Notes: generated by a model not told the origin, from the letters alone. A DNA stretch of 64,000 nt from a virus (IMGVR_UViG_3300023174_003901:32001-96000), one strand, 5' to 3'; shown: positions 1 through 10,111, counted from the first letter of the stretch. Program-made: numbers and translations.

Positions 1-413
1 AGATCATAATGACGATGATTTAGGTCAAAAAATCTATCTCCAATGTCTTGAACATACTTGCTTGATAGTATGATGTTGGGATGAACTTTACAATCATCCT
101 GTACCCGTCCTCCGTTCTCAACATAAATTCTTGTTGGGTAAGTTTCGACACTGGGGTTCACCCAGATTCGCTTGGGTTGAGTGAATGCCACAAAAAGATA
201 ACTGCATTTTTTGTTGATAATTGTATCCAAGGCAGATAAAAATATATCTTCATTGGTTGCACCATTTACTCCGGCATTGATCAACTGCTTGCTTGATAAT
301 TCAGGTATTGACCGATGTACGATATTAACCCATAGGTTTGGATCAATCTGTTCTAGATCAAGCCCGCAGCCTTTGGTATAAGAACAACCACAAAAAACTA
401 CACTATCAAGCAA
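1..413 (-). CDS. SGNH/GDSL-like hydrolase, partial (runs off the window start; absent from the ORF track)
   Basis: Manual translation from TTG at 413, overlapping the gp46 stop: MLDSVVFCGCSYTKG...LINAGVNGATNEDIF. This resembles SGNH block I (G-x-S) and block II (N-x-G-x-x-G). I saw no stop before position 1. Confidence 0.55.
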   Translation of the reverse strand, partial: MLDSVVFCGCSYTKGCGLDLEQIDPNLWVNIVHRSIPELSSKQLINAGVNGATNEDIFLSALDTIINKKCSYLFVAFTQPKRIWVNPSVETYPTRIYVENGGRVQDDCKVHPNIILSSKYVQDIGDRFFDLNHRHYD

Positions 414-2169
414 TTTCTACATCCGTGTTATAACTAGTGAAGCCGTTCTCTTTGATCACTTTGAGAATGTTCTCCACACGTCCGGCCAGTTCATCACGAT
501 GTGACACAAGCCAGATACTCTTGTGACGCTCTCTGCTCATCTTTTTCAGCAAGGCCAGTGCATTCTCCACACCTTGTGTGTCTAGGCCGTTGTCAATCAG
601 TTCGTCAATGAACAACAAGTTGATGGGTGAATACAAACTTTCCCATACATCACGGAATGCCCACGACATTGATAAAATCAGTCTGTTACGTTCACCTCGA
701 CTCAAGTTGTCAAAGTCCAGTTCACGGCCCAGTTCTTCGATGCTCACAGTCAGATCGTTTTGGAACTTCACAGTGTGTGGCAGGCCAATACGATCCAGGT
801 AGTGTGTGAGTCGTGCGTTTAGATAACTCAAATTTTGATCAATGATCTTCTTGCGTACAAAACTGTCTTTGCTTGTCAACAGTTTGAGCAGGAAGTCTTG
901 ATGATCTTGCAAACGAGTGAGTTCATTCAGGGTGTCATATGACACAACTTGCAAGGCCTGGCCTTGCATGTCTGAGATTTGTTCTTCGTAAGGATCCACA
1001 TCTGCTTGACGTGCAGTTAAATCTTTGCGCAGGGTTTCTACAGTATTACGATGATTCAGTGCGTGTTCTAGCGAATCATAAAACACAGTGGGTGCAGTAC
1101 CTAATGTACCAATCTGGGCAACAGTATCTTCATGCCCTTGACGTTGTGTGTCGTTGGCCAAGAGTTGCAGTGCTGTTTCTTGTACCAAGGCCTGTTTGGC
1201 CTGCTTCAACTCATCCTGTTTGTCATCATGCAAGTCTTGTCCACATGAGTGACACTGGTGCGCATCCAGGGCCGTAATTTCTGTTTTGAGTTTATCTAAT
1301 AACTTGTTTAGTTTGGCACTATCTGAGTCAATTTGACGAATGTAACGGTTAGCATCGTCTAAGGCTTTTTTCTTCACATGAAATGCTTCTAGGTCTCTGT
1401 GTGATTGTACTTCAGCATCAATGTCTATGTGTTCAAGATCCGCAATGGCCTGTTCCAGTTTGCCCACATCTTCGTCACGCTTGGCTGTCCAAAGACGTTG
1501 ACGTTTACGCAGACTTTCGATCTGTTCTTCAATACGCTTGTTGGCTTCTTGAACAGCACGTATGCGGAACTCTTCTGCCTGAATAGCATCTTTGGTCTGC
1601 CGGTTGAGTTCCTTGATTGCATCAGCACGTTCTGATAGCAAGGTAATTCCCAGCAACTGTTCAATAATAGTTCGCTGATCATTGGCCTTCAAACTCAGGA
1701 ATGGTTCCGTATAAGTGTTCAAGGCCAGTACATGTTTGAACATGTCATGACTCATGTTCATCACACGCTCAATAGCGTCCTGTGTTTCACGACTGTCGCC
1801 TTGGGCTTCGTCTTCGGCAGCCTTGTGTTCGTTGTTGATGTAGAATCGCAACACATTGGGTTTACGTCCACGTTCAATTCTGTAATCTTGACTGTTGACA
1901 CTGAAGTCCAAACTGACCAGCATGTTTTTGCCATTGGTCTTGTTTACCAGATTGTCTTTGCGGATGTTACTCAGTGCTTGTCCATACAAGGCATAACTTA
2001 GAGCATTGATGATTGTGGTCTTGCCTGTGCCATTGCGTGATCCGTCACCGCCTAGATCCAAGTTTTCGCCTAGTACCAGAGTCAAGTCATTGCGGTCAAA
2101 GTCGATGCCTTGAGTGGCCGCACCCACACTCATAAAGTTTTTAACAGTTAAATTTTTAATTTGTATCAT
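406..2169 (-). CDS. gp46: Recombination endonuclease ATPase subunit (T4 gp46 / SbcC / Rad50-like)
   Basis: Walker A NGTGKTT, coiled coil with zinc hook CHSC, signature LSRGE, Walker B LLFIDE, H-loop SHR. Confidence 0.95.
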   Translation of the reverse strand: MIQIKNLTVKNFMSVGAATQGIDFDRNDLTLVLGENLDLGGDGSRNGTGKTTIINALSYALYGQALSNIRKDNLVNKTNGKNMLVSLDFSVNSQDYRIERGRKPNVLRFYINNEHKAAEDEAQGDSRETQDAIERVMNMSHDMFKHVLALNTYTEPFLSLKANDQRTIIEQLLGITLLSERADAIKELNRQTKDAIQAEEFRIRAVQEANKRIEEQIESLRKRQRLWTAKRDEDVGKLEQAIADLEHIDIDAEVQSHRDLEAFHVKKKALDDANRYIRQIDSDSAKLNKLLDKLKTEITALDAHQCHSCGQDLHDDKQDELKQAKQALVQETALQLLANDTQRQGHEDTVAQIGTLGTAPTVFYDSLEHALNHRNTVETLRKDLTARQADVDPYEEQISDMQGQALQVVSYDTLNELTRLQDHQDFLLKLLTSKDSFVRKKIIDQNLSYLNARLTHYLDRIGLPHTVKFQNDLTVSIEELGRELDFDNLSRGERNRLILSMSWAFRDVWESLYSPINLLFIDELIDNGLDTQGVENALALLKKMSRERHKSIWLVSHRDELAGRVENILKVIKENGFTSYNTDVEIA

Positions 2170-2177
2170 GCTGATTG

Positions 2178-2206
2178 ATTATAGCAAATTATTTGCAAAA
2201 ACGCAA
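2178..2206 (-). promoter_or_regulatory. Sigma70-type promoter for gp46 (near-leaderless)
   Basis: TTGCGT-17nt-TATAAT with a TGn extended -10; 8 nt between the -10 box and the ATG at 2169. Confidence 0.65.
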
Positions 2207-2973
2207 ATATCTGCCCATTTTTCGTTTATTTTTTGATCACGAAAGTTTGGGTTGAACCAATCCATTTGATCATTGCCTGTTATCAAAGTACCAATGTAGG
2301 CAGTCTCTAGTATATCAAAATCCCTGCTGTTCAATAATATTTTTTGCACAAAATTTTGACGTAGGTTGAGATACCTTTTGTTGCGTTGACTTAGTAGACT
2401 GTACATATGGTCAAAGTGATCAACGTCAAATTGTTCCAATTTTAAAAATTTACTTTTAAGCAGATCTCGGTTTTCAAATTCCGCATATTCTACATTCAAA
2501 AAAGATGGATCTGTGAATATAGATTGTGTTTTAAAAAAAGTGTTTTGGTCCAGCAGTAAAAAATAAAAATATTCAATAGCGGCATTTTTACGGTATTGAT
2601 AATCTCGGTGATCAGTAAGGTCGTAAGTTTTAAACAAATGTTCAAGCATAAAATTAAACGCTTTTGTTCCTGATGCTTTGGTTTCTAGATCTTCTATCAG
2701 TGAGTCCACCGATATACCTACTCCGTCAGTCTTTTCCAAAAAGTTATACAAAAACCAAACAAAGTTTTGGTCATTGACGTAGGTGTTTATAGTGTCAGCA
2801 GGAAAAACAGCAGTACCGAAATCAATGTCATTCTTGTCGAGACACTGGTATCTACTTTGTTTGCACAAAAAATTGTGTTCAAGATCTAGAGAAAATGTTG
2901 ACTCTGGATCAAGTGCGGCACTCAACCAGTTTCGATACAATCCCGGTAATCCCAGAAGCAAAGGTTTTGTCAT
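2179..2973 (-). CDS. Hypothetical protein (AT-rich cargo)
   Basis: 264-aa ORF coupled to the upstream gene by an ATGA overlap; no motif I recognise confidently. Confidence 0.7.
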   Translation of the reverse strand: MTKPLLLGLPGLYRNWLSAALDPESTFSLDLEHNFLCKQSRYQCLDKNDIDFGTAVFPADTINTYVNDQNFVWFLYNFLEKTDGVGISVDSLIEDLETKASGTKAFNFMLEHLFKTYDLTDHRDYQYRKNAAIEYFYFLLLDQNTFFKTQSIFTDPSFLNVEYAEFENRDLLKSKFLKLEQFDVDHFDHMYSLLSQRNKRYLNLRQNFVQKILLNSRDFDILETAYIGTLITGNDQMDWFNPNFRDQKINEKWADICVFANNLL

Positions 2974-4553
2974 ACTAAATTTTTTATTTCTGGTAATACA
3001 CGCACCAATGATTCATTTCGATGATTGTCCATAATTTGTGTCAGTCTCTTAAATTCCGGCAAATGATGACTGTCATCCTGTGCCCACATGTATGTTAACA
3101 CATCATGCCATTGTTTTGCAAGAGATCTAGCATCGACAGATTCACACCAGACCATATGGCTCTTGATCAATTGATCTAACCAATTTTTATGATCCAAAGA
3201 CAATGCGGCCACGGTGAGATGTGGTGGACTAATCATTATAGTCTGTGAAAATTTTGAGATATCTAACTTTTTTTCTGTATGCCAGTTTTTTTGCAGTTCC
3301 ATCAAACTGGTTGCATTTAATAATCCCACCGTTGAAGTCACAGTCAATCGAACATGGGGGCAGGTGCTCTTGACCAGTTCAAGATTTTTTTCTATCTTTT
3401 GCCAGTTTGTGCCATGTCTAACATATTCAGCAACCGCACCGTGAGCATCTAGGCTAGCCCCAACAGTTATGTTTGAAAACTTATGCCATAGATCCAAAAC
3501 ATTTCGATTTCGGTAAGAGAGTGTGGTAAAATTAGTATTGTACGTGATTTCTAGATTGGTATTCCCGCATGCAATCAATGCATCTAGGATCACATAGTGT
3601 TCGGCGGTCAACAAAGGTTCACCACCGGCAAAATATATTTTTTCAACGTCGGGCAAATAGTCAAGTATTTCATCTATGTTCTGGCTTCTTTGTTTTGCGT
3701 CAAGACCAGATGCAACAAACTTGCGGTTACCAAACAATTCAACATCTTCTTGTGCAATAGCACTGCTGAAATAGCCACTGCACATGCGACATTTGAGATT
3801 GCATATGTTGTTCAGTCTTATGTCTAGATATCTAGGTTTAAAGTTTTGTATGGTACCTGAAGAATCAACTGTGTTTTTTGTTATTTTGGGCCAACGCCGA
3901 TTATGATCCATCCTGGCACTTGATATTCCTGCGTCCTCCTGAGCATAACATCTTGAACATTCCTTGCTACGTTGACCGTTCAACATGTTTGATCTCAAAC
4001 GATTGAAACTTGTAGACTTTATAATAGAGTCCACAGATTGTTCTTGTATGTTGCCCATGGCAAAATCATGATCAGACAAACAGCATGGCAATACATTTCC
4101 ATCTGTGCCAACATACAGATGCGTCCAGGGCAAGGCACAAAATGTATCTTGCTTGAAATATTGTATTTTGTAATCAGAGTCAGCAACAATATGGCTCTGT
4201 ATTTCACAATCATCTGTGGAATACAAGTTTTTGACTTGTGCAAGTTCGTGTTGGATATTTTTATTATTTGTCACAACCAATACAAAAAAGTTGCTGATAT
4301 CAATCTGAGCAAGATGTTTTTGTAACGCATTTATGCCACGTCCGGGTAGATCATCGTAGTCATAGATGTCTACACAATCTTGCACTATCACGATGCGGAA
4401 ATTGTCTTGATATTCTGGACGATAGGCGGACTTCAAAAAATTATGTAATTTTTGATCTCCGCTTGATTCATAAAATTCTGACAGATAAAACGGACCGGCG
4501 GTTTTGTACTGCTGTTGTATTTTGAGTATTTGTTCTGCGAATAAATCTTTCAT
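2970..4553 (-). CDS. Radical SAM protein with N-terminal twitch domain and an extra N-terminal domain
   Basis: FCALPW...GNVLPCC...CSRC twitch motif precedes CxxxCxxC (CNLKCRMC) and GGEP. Confidence 0.9.
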   Translation of the reverse strand: MKDLFAEQILKIQQQYKTAGPFYLSEFYESSGDQKLHNFLKSAYRPEYQDNFRIVIVQDCVDIYDYDDLPGRGINALQKHLAQIDISNFFVLVVTNNKNIQHELAQVKNLYSTDDCEIQSHIVADSDYKIQYFKQDTFCALPWTHLYVGTDGNVLPCCLSDHDFAMGNIQEQSVDSIIKSTSFNRLRSNMLNGQRSKECSRCYAQEDAGISSARMDHNRRWPKITKNTVDSSGTIQNFKPRYLDIRLNNICNLKCRMCSGYFSSAIAQEDVELFGNRKFVASGLDAKQRSQNIDEILDYLPDVEKIYFAGGEPLLTAEHYVILDALIACGNTNLEITYNTNFTTLSYRNRNVLDLWHKFSNITVGASLDAHGAVAEYVRHGTNWQKIEKNLELVKSTCPHVRLTVTSTVGLLNATSLMELQKNWHTEKKLDISKFSQTIMISPPHLTVAALSLDHKNWLDQLIKSHMVWCESVDARSLAKQWHDVLTYMWAQDDSHHLPEFKRLTQIMDNHRNESLVRVLPEIKNLV

Positions 4554-5566
4554 AGAGTCTGATAAATCTTCAACAGTAGTTTGTTGTCGTAGAATTCTGA
4601 CTCAATGTTTGTGATTTGGTCTGTGACAATTTGATCTACGGATTCAAATTTAACTTCACCCGGTGCCATGTCAGTGTCTACAGAACTGTTCTTGTTGGGT
4701 ATCAAGGCCATCTCTCTCAGGCCATATTCTTTGATATACTTCTCTTTGATGAAGTTGGCTTCTTCGTATGAAATCTCAATGTCCAACTGCACCCGAACAT
4801 GCATGCCTGGTGCAAGCAAGGTGGGTGCATTGTCAATGATACTGGCCAGCCCCAGCACACGATATCTCGGTTGGTCAGGCCAGGCATGAAACTCAGGTTC
4901 CTGCCCCCATTCCAGGATCATCATGCCACGATTATCATCTCCGGCATCGGCATAGTTGTGCGGGAAGCAGTTGCCAATGTATGTGATGTTTTTCTTGGTC
5001 TGACGTTTGTGGAAGTGTCCGGTGAACACATGTTCAAAGTTACCAAAGTCTTCTCTGCGTACTTCGCCGTGATCCGGCATTTCTACCATGGCGTTCATTA
5101 GATATCCGGGCAGTTCAAAGTGCCCAAACATGTACCGGCCCTTTAGTTTGGGAATACGCTTGTGATCATCTCCGCAAAGCCAAGGTGCAATAACGACATC
5201 ACCATCACTGAACCAATCGTTACATATAGTAACGTTCGGAAGATGGCGGGCCCATTCCACGCTTTGTATATCACGTTTGTCGCGATAATACAAGTCGTGA
5301 TTACCAGGAATGAAAAAAACATGTTCAAAGTTTGCATTCATGTGCTCCAGTGCCCGCAGGCTGTAGTTTAGGGTAACAATGTTTAGACTGGCACGGTTGT
5401 TGTGCCAGTCGCCCAGGAACATGCAGATTTCGCAACCTTCCTCTCGGGCTTTGGCAGTTGCCCACTTGACAAAGTTTAAACAGTCCTCGTTGTGTTGAGT
5501 GCTGTTTGATTTGAGTCCAAAGTGAATGTCTGTGAAGATCGCGGCTTTACGAAATAGATTAGTCAT
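4550..5566 (-). CDS. gp47: Recombination endonuclease nuclease subunit (T4 gp47 / SbcD / Mre11-like)
   Basis: Metallophosphoesterase motifs DIH, GD, GNHD and GHFH. Start moved to the ATG at 5566 because 5573-5578 is a -10 box. Confidence 0.93.
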   Translation of the reverse strand: MTNLFRKAAIFTDIHFGLKSNSTQHNEDCLNFVKWATAKAREEGCEICMFLGDWHNNRASLNIVTLNYSLRALEHMNANFEHVFFIPGNHDLYYRDKRDIQSVEWARHLPNVTICNDWFSDGDVVIAPWLCGDDHKRIPKLKGRYMFGHFELPGYLMNAMVEMPDHGEVRREDFGNFEHVFTGHFHKRQTKKNITYIGNCFPHNYADAGDDNRGMMILEWGQEPEFHAWPDQPRYRVLGLASIIDNAPTLLAPGMHVRVQLDIEISYEEANFIKEKYIKEYGLREMALIPNKNSSVDTDMAPGEVKFESVDQIVTDQITNIESEFYDNKLLLKIYQTL

Positions 5567-5572
5567 CCTACT

Positions 5573-5601
5573 AGTATACAATCTTTAAGTGTACAGGTCA
5601 A
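5573..5601 (-). promoter_or_regulatory. Sigma70-type promoter for gp47 (leaderless)
   Basis: TTGACC-17nt-TATACT, then 6 nt, then ATG at 5566. Confidence 0.75.
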
Positions 5602-6896
5602 TCTTTAATTTGCTCAAGCCACGGAAACACTTGTTGCCAATTGGTTCTGCGTCTTTTATCAATTTGGTCAAGATAATTTTTTAAATTGGATACTCTTTCT
5701 TTGTTGCCCGAACACAAACTACTTTTATTTGCAATGCCTTGCATTAGATCTTTGTGATTTTTTTGTAGTTCGGTATCTGTGGGCATCAATGCCAGGGTTT
5801 TTTCAAAATCAGATTCAAACACATCCCCAGGAAAATTATACGGATCATCTTCACCCCAAGGTGTGATGAAAGTATGTTGTATCAAGTTAGAATAAGACCT
5901 CCACTCATCTACTACGTCTTGTTGATGCACATTCCAGGCGTTGATCTTTTCAACAAGTTTTGGCAAACACTTGATGGTCAATGCCGAAATAACACTGTTG
6001 ACAGACAAACTGGCCCAGGGCTTGTTGAGAAGATACTCAAAGTTTTTTTCCCATAAAGATAGATCCAAGCCATACCGCACATATTCTTGTTCAGCACCCC
6101 AACCGTCTAGACTGGCTGTGAGTTGTAATTGCCATATTTTATTTTTGCTTGCCAAAAGTTCAAATTTTTTCATGTATTTTTTGAATCTTTCGTGTGGTAT
6201 GTTTAGATTGGTAATGACACTGATGATCAAATCAGGGTGACCGTGCTTGGCCCAAAACTTTATGCTTTGATCCATCTCGTCCAGTAAAAAAGGTTCCCCA
6301 CCTAAAATATGATATCTCTGAATCTTTTTTGCATTGTTGTCTTTGGCCAAATAAACCCATAAGTCATTGACCATCTTTTGATAATGTGGATTTTTTTGAT
6401 TCAGTTTAGTACTGTATTTGTTTTTATCCTCGATGGTGGTATAAATTTTTCCATGTCGACGATTCTCATCTTCCCATTTACTGCTGTGAGCCGGACCACA
6501 GTATGTACATGCCATGTTACAAACATTAGAAAACCAAACTTCCAAGATAGTTGGGCTGACATTCACTGCTTGATTGTCTGACAGAACTTCTGGAGGAATA
6601 AGATTTATATTTTCTAATTGTTTAAGTTGCAGTGTTCTATCACTTAGTCCATTTGACTCTTCTATGTTTTTACAGTATGCACAACCCCCGTCGGGCCACT
6701 CACCTTCGAGCATGGTCTTTCTTGCTTCAACTTTGTCAGGAAGGTTATGAAAATTATCAAAATTATCTGGGTCAATTTTGTATTTTTGTGTTCTATGACA
6801 GGACGCAGATGTGCCACTCTGAAAAAAAATACTGCTCCAGTTCCATTTTAATAAACATGCTGTCTCTGTTTGAATAGGAAATATTACCTTTGACAT
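5598..6896 (-). CDS. Radical SAM protein with N-terminal twitch-like domain (KW/SCH subtype)
   Basis: CLLKW...SCH...CAYC, then CNMACTYC and GGEP. Confidence 0.9.
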   Translation of the reverse strand: MSKVIFPIQTETACLLKWNWSSIFFQSGTSASCHRTQKYKIDPDNFDNFHNLPDKVEARKTMLEGEWPDGGCAYCKNIEESNGLSDRTLQLKQLENINLIPPEVLSDNQAVNVSPTILEVWFSNVCNMACTYCGPAHSSKWEDENRRHGKIYTTIEDKNKYSTKLNQKNPHYQKMVNDLWVYLAKDNNAKKIQRYHILGGEPFLLDEMDQSIKFWAKHGHPDLIISVITNLNIPHERFKKYMKKFELLASKNKIWQLQLTASLDGWGAEQEYVRYGLDLSLWEKNFEYLLNKPWASLSVNSVISALTIKCLPKLVEKINAWNVHQQDVVDEWRSYSNLIQHTFITPWGEDDPYNFPGDVFESDFEKTLALMPTDTELQKNHKDLMQGIANKSSLCSGNKERVSNLKNYLDQIDKRRRTNWQQVFPWLEQIKD

Positions 6897-6926
6897 TTTT
6901 TAACTATCTCCATGTTGGTTCTAGTA

Positions 6927-6932
6927 TATTTA
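6927..6932 (-). promoter_or_regulatory. Putative T4-type late promoter core TAAATA
   Basis: TAAATA in the intergenic gap, with a GGAG SD before the ATG at 6896. Confidence 0.45.
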
Positions 6933-6946
6933 AGATCTTTGTCATG

Positions 6947-7840
6947 CTACTCATCAAGACTACTTACTACCGGTCCGCTCATGGCAGCCATGGAATGTTT
7001 ACCTGAGTTCTGACGAGTCCAGGATGGATTCAGTCCGTTCATCTCCAAAATGTCGTCACGGATGTTTTGATTTTTCTTTTCGATGTTTAGGATACGAGTG
7101 AAACTATTAGTGATAGCGGCAGTATAATACGCAAAAGGGTTCTGCGATTTTGACTCGTCAAATTGCAGTCCGATTTGACTGAGTTGTAGCAAGGCTTGTC
7201 CTCGCATTTCTTCGTTGTAGGTGTATCCACGCCAGTTACTCCTTGTAGCATATCTTTCGCATAATTTCATAAACATGTTGGCCAAAGTTCTGGTCATTTT
7301 GCCATGATCTTTGGAGAACTCGCCGCTATCTAAGGCACCCCGCCAGTGGCTTTTGCCCACCACAAACGGCACTTTATTGTTGTCAATTCGGTAATGCCAG
7401 AACGGCGGAAAGTTAACTCTCATGTGTGTGGGATTCAAGATAGGCTCCTCCACAAGGTCCGCCAGTGGATCTTCCGTAACATCATCCAGTTCCAACAAGT
7501 CTTCTAACTTGCGTTTTTTGGCTTCAGCCTTGGTGATCTTTTTGGCTGCCATTGGAATGTGTTCCCAACAGGTGATACGGAACACAATGTCTGTATTGGG
7601 TATTTTTTTAGGGTCTACAATAGTACCTTCTCGCTTGAGCCTGTCTGCTCGATTGCGACGGGCTTCGGCTATGGTCTTTTGATTGATCTTGCTCACAGAA
7701 GGCAGGATAATATCAAATTGGTGATCTAGCGCAGGATCTTGAAAAGAGCAGTAGGTGTTTTTGCTTAGGTGTATCTCTTTGAGAATATCTCTATTGTTGA
7801 GATAGTTGGTTTTGGGTGTGGCACGGATAGTTGCAGTCAT
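6947..7840 (-). CDS. gp55: Late-transcription sigma factor, T4 gp55-like
   Basis: NWRGYTYNEEM...FDESKSQNPFAYYT matches the gp55 pattern; it lies upstream of gp47-gp46, as in T4-like phages. Confidence 0.85.
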   Translation of the reverse strand: MTATIRATPKTNYLNNRDILKEIHLSKNTYCSFQDPALDHQFDIILPSVSKINQKTIAEARRNRADRLKREGTIVDPKKIPNTDIVFRITCWEHIPMAAKKITKAEAKKRKLEDLLELDDVTEDPLADLVEEPILNPTHMRVNFPPFWHYRIDNNKVPFVVGKSHWRGALDSGEFSKDHGKMTRTLANMFMKLCERYATRSNWRGYTYNEEMRGQALLQLSQIGLQFDESKSQNPFAYYTAAITNSFTRILNIEKKNQNIRDDILEMNGLNPSWTRQNSGKHSMAAMSGPVVSSLDE

Positions 7841-7869
7841 TGACTGGGGATTCCTTTAAAATATTACTT

Positions 7870-7897
7870 ATTGTAACACATTCTTAGTAGTTGTCAA
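7870..7897 (-). promoter_or_regulatory. Sigma70-type promoter for gp55
   Basis: TTGACA-16nt-TACAAT with a TGn extended -10. Confidence 0.7.
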
Positions 7898-7929
7898 CCT
7901 TTTATAAACGGCTCAGTTAATTTTTTGGT

Positions 7930-7935
7930 TAAATA
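7930..7935 (+). promoter_or_regulatory. Late promoter core TAAATA heading the baseplate module
   Basis: TAAATA after a T-tract; AAGGA SD before the ATG at 7955. Confidence 0.6.
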
Positions 7936-7954
7936 CAGGGTCAAGGAACAAAAC

Positions 7955-10111
7955 ATGGATGAAGAAAATTTTATCTGGACCGCACCCGAAGATGTACCCG
8001 CAGAGATACAAATTGATGGCGAAGTAACAGAAACCTACACTGGTGAACAGGTTGCTGATGAGGCTGGCAATCCTGCATGGTGGGATGATAATTATCCAGG
8101 ACAAATAACAGACACAGCCGCTAGTCCCACTCAAGATGCGTATGGACTAAACATTCTCAATGCTGAACAAACAGCACAACTAACAAGAAATATCAATCCT
8201 GCATTCATTAATAATTTTGTTGATCCTAATGCACCAATAGCAAAAAATGTCGCAAATGCAGTTAATAAATCTGCTACCGCACAACCTGCATATGTTGATC
8301 AAACTGGACTTGCATTTGATTCAAGGACAGGAGTATCTTATCCAGTTGACAAAGCCTCAGGCAAACAACTAATACCTGCGGATGTATTGGCAGTAACTGA
8401 TTCAGCGGCTCAGGTAAGGCTTGAGATGTTAGGGGCAGGAGCCAAGTCAGTTGCTACCCCAGTAAATCCAGGTCAAAGCAATCTTGCTGGGCCGCCAGAC
8501 ACATTTATTAAAAATGCTGCCGGTGACTGGGTAGAAAATCCCAAGTATCCTGTAAACATATCTGCCACACCAGTTGCCACAAAATTGCCATACACAGACT
8601 ATCGCCAGACAGTGGCTGAGGCGGCCCGCCTTAATTCATATTCAGAAACGCCCAATCCTTTCCTAACTGAAATTGACAAAGCCGGTACAAATATCGCCGT
8701 AGGTACTGCAGGCATAGCCAGGTCTAAAGAAAATATTCAAACAGCACAACAATATATTGTCGATGCAGAAAGTTACATTGCACAGAACAATACTGAACTA
8801 GCCAATCCTGACATAAGTGCAGAACGCCGAGCAGAGTTAGAAGCCAACAATGCAGAAAATGCTCAAATTATCTTTGATTCAAATCAAAACATAACTAACC
8901 AAGAAACCTACATTGCACAAACTCAAGATACCATCCAACTTAGTGAAGCAAGCATCAATGAGAACGCCGCAGTCTATCGAGACAGTACTTCTCCCACCAA
9001 CAGTACTAGTGTTGACATCAACACTGATCCTAGTATCAGCCTAGTGGATCGTGTGAGATCGTTGTTTTCAGGTCAGCCGACTAGAACAGCCGCACCAGTT
9101 AATGTGCAAGACGGGCAGGCATTTGGTACTGTGTTACTAGATCCTAATGGCAGTGGTGGATTTGTTGACACCGCGGGAAACCCAGTCAACGCCGACGGCA
9201 CACCAATTCCTCCGGTGGCACGATTTACCACAGCCGCTCAAGACTCAGCAATCCAAACACAAGTGGGCCGTCAGTTTGCACAACAGCAGGCAGTCACAGC
9301 CGCACAAAGAAAAATATCCAACAACGGTGATTGGCGGGTGCGACTCAGCCTGGCACCGGGCGCACGATATTTGTACAATGTAGATGGCGATCCTGGGATA
9401 CTACAACCATTGGCTGTCACTGGTGGCGTGATATTTCCATACACTCCCAGTATTGAAATGAGTTACAAGGCCGACTATGAAAGTTATGCATTGACTCACA
9501 GCAACTACAAAGGATATTTTTACAAGAGTAGTTCTGTGGACGCTGTGAACATGAGAGCAACATTCACCGCACAGGACAGCAACGAAGCCAACTATCTCCT
9601 GGCCGTGATACATTTTTTCCGTTCAGTGACCAAAATGTTTTACGGACAAGATGCTGAACGTGGTGCTCCTCCTCCCTTGGTATACCTGACAGGGCTAGGA
9701 CAATATCAATTCAACGGTCATCCTTGTGTGGTAACCAGTTTTAATTACAACCTACCTGGTGATGTAGACTACATACGAGCAAGATCACCCAACATCAATG
9801 GTACAGATATGTTAACACGCAGAAGCAGACAAAATTTACCAACCAACCCTATTTCGGGTGCTGTGTCTCGATTGCAAAATCTTTTCAGTGGCCAAGGCAT
9901 AAGTTATGGTGCAGAAATTAATAGACGCCCACCACCCACACTGGGACTTAACAACCCTACTTATGTGCCTACCAAACTAGAGATCTCGCTGAGTCTGTTA
10001 CCGGTACAAACTCGCAGTCAAGTTACCAATCAATTTAGCCTTCAACAGTATGCCACTGGTGCCTTGCTAGGTGGATCACCGGGCACTTCGGGCCAAGGAG
10101 GATTCTGGTAA
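7955..10111 (+). CDS. Baseplate tail-tube cap/initiator-like protein (gp48/gp54-like) with long N-terminal extension
   Basis: C-terminal GVIFPYTP...PPPLVYLTGLG...PCVVTSFNYNLP resembles a tube-initiator fold; first gene of the baseplate module. Start at 7955 is supported by the SD. Confidence 0.6.
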   Translation: MDEENFIWTAPEDVPAEIQIDGEVTETYTGEQVADEAGNPAWWDDNYPGQITDTAASPTQDAYGLNILNAEQTAQLTRNINPAFINNFVDPNAPIAKNVANAVNKSATAQPAYVDQTGLAFDSRTGVSYPVDKASGKQLIPADVLAVTDSAAQVRLEMLGAGAKSVATPVNPGQSNLAGPPDTFIKNAAGDWVENPKYPVNISATPVATKLPYTDYRQTVAEAARLNSYSETPNPFLTEIDKAGTNIAVGTAGIARSKENIQTAQQYIVDAESYIAQNNTELANPDISAERRAELEANNAENAQIIFDSNQNITNQETYIAQTQDTIQLSEASINENAAVYRDSTSPTNSTSVDINTDPSISLVDRVRSLFSGQPTRTAAPVNVQDGQAFGTVLLDPNGSGGFVDTAGNPVNADGTPIPPVARFTTAAQDSAIQTQVGRQFAQQQAVTAAQRKISNNGDWRVRLSLAPGARYLYNVDGDPGILQPLAVTGGVIFPYTPSIEMSYKADYESYALTHSNYKGYFYKSSSVDAVNMRATFTAQDSNEANYLLAVIHFFRSVTKMFYGQDAERGAPPPLVYLTGLGQYQFNGHPCVVTSFNYNLPGDVDYIRARSPNINGTDMLTRRSRQNLPTNPISGAVSRLQNLFSGQGISYGAEINRRPPPTLGLNNPTYVPTKLEISLSLLPVQTRSQVTNQFSLQQYATGALLGGSPGTSGQGGFW

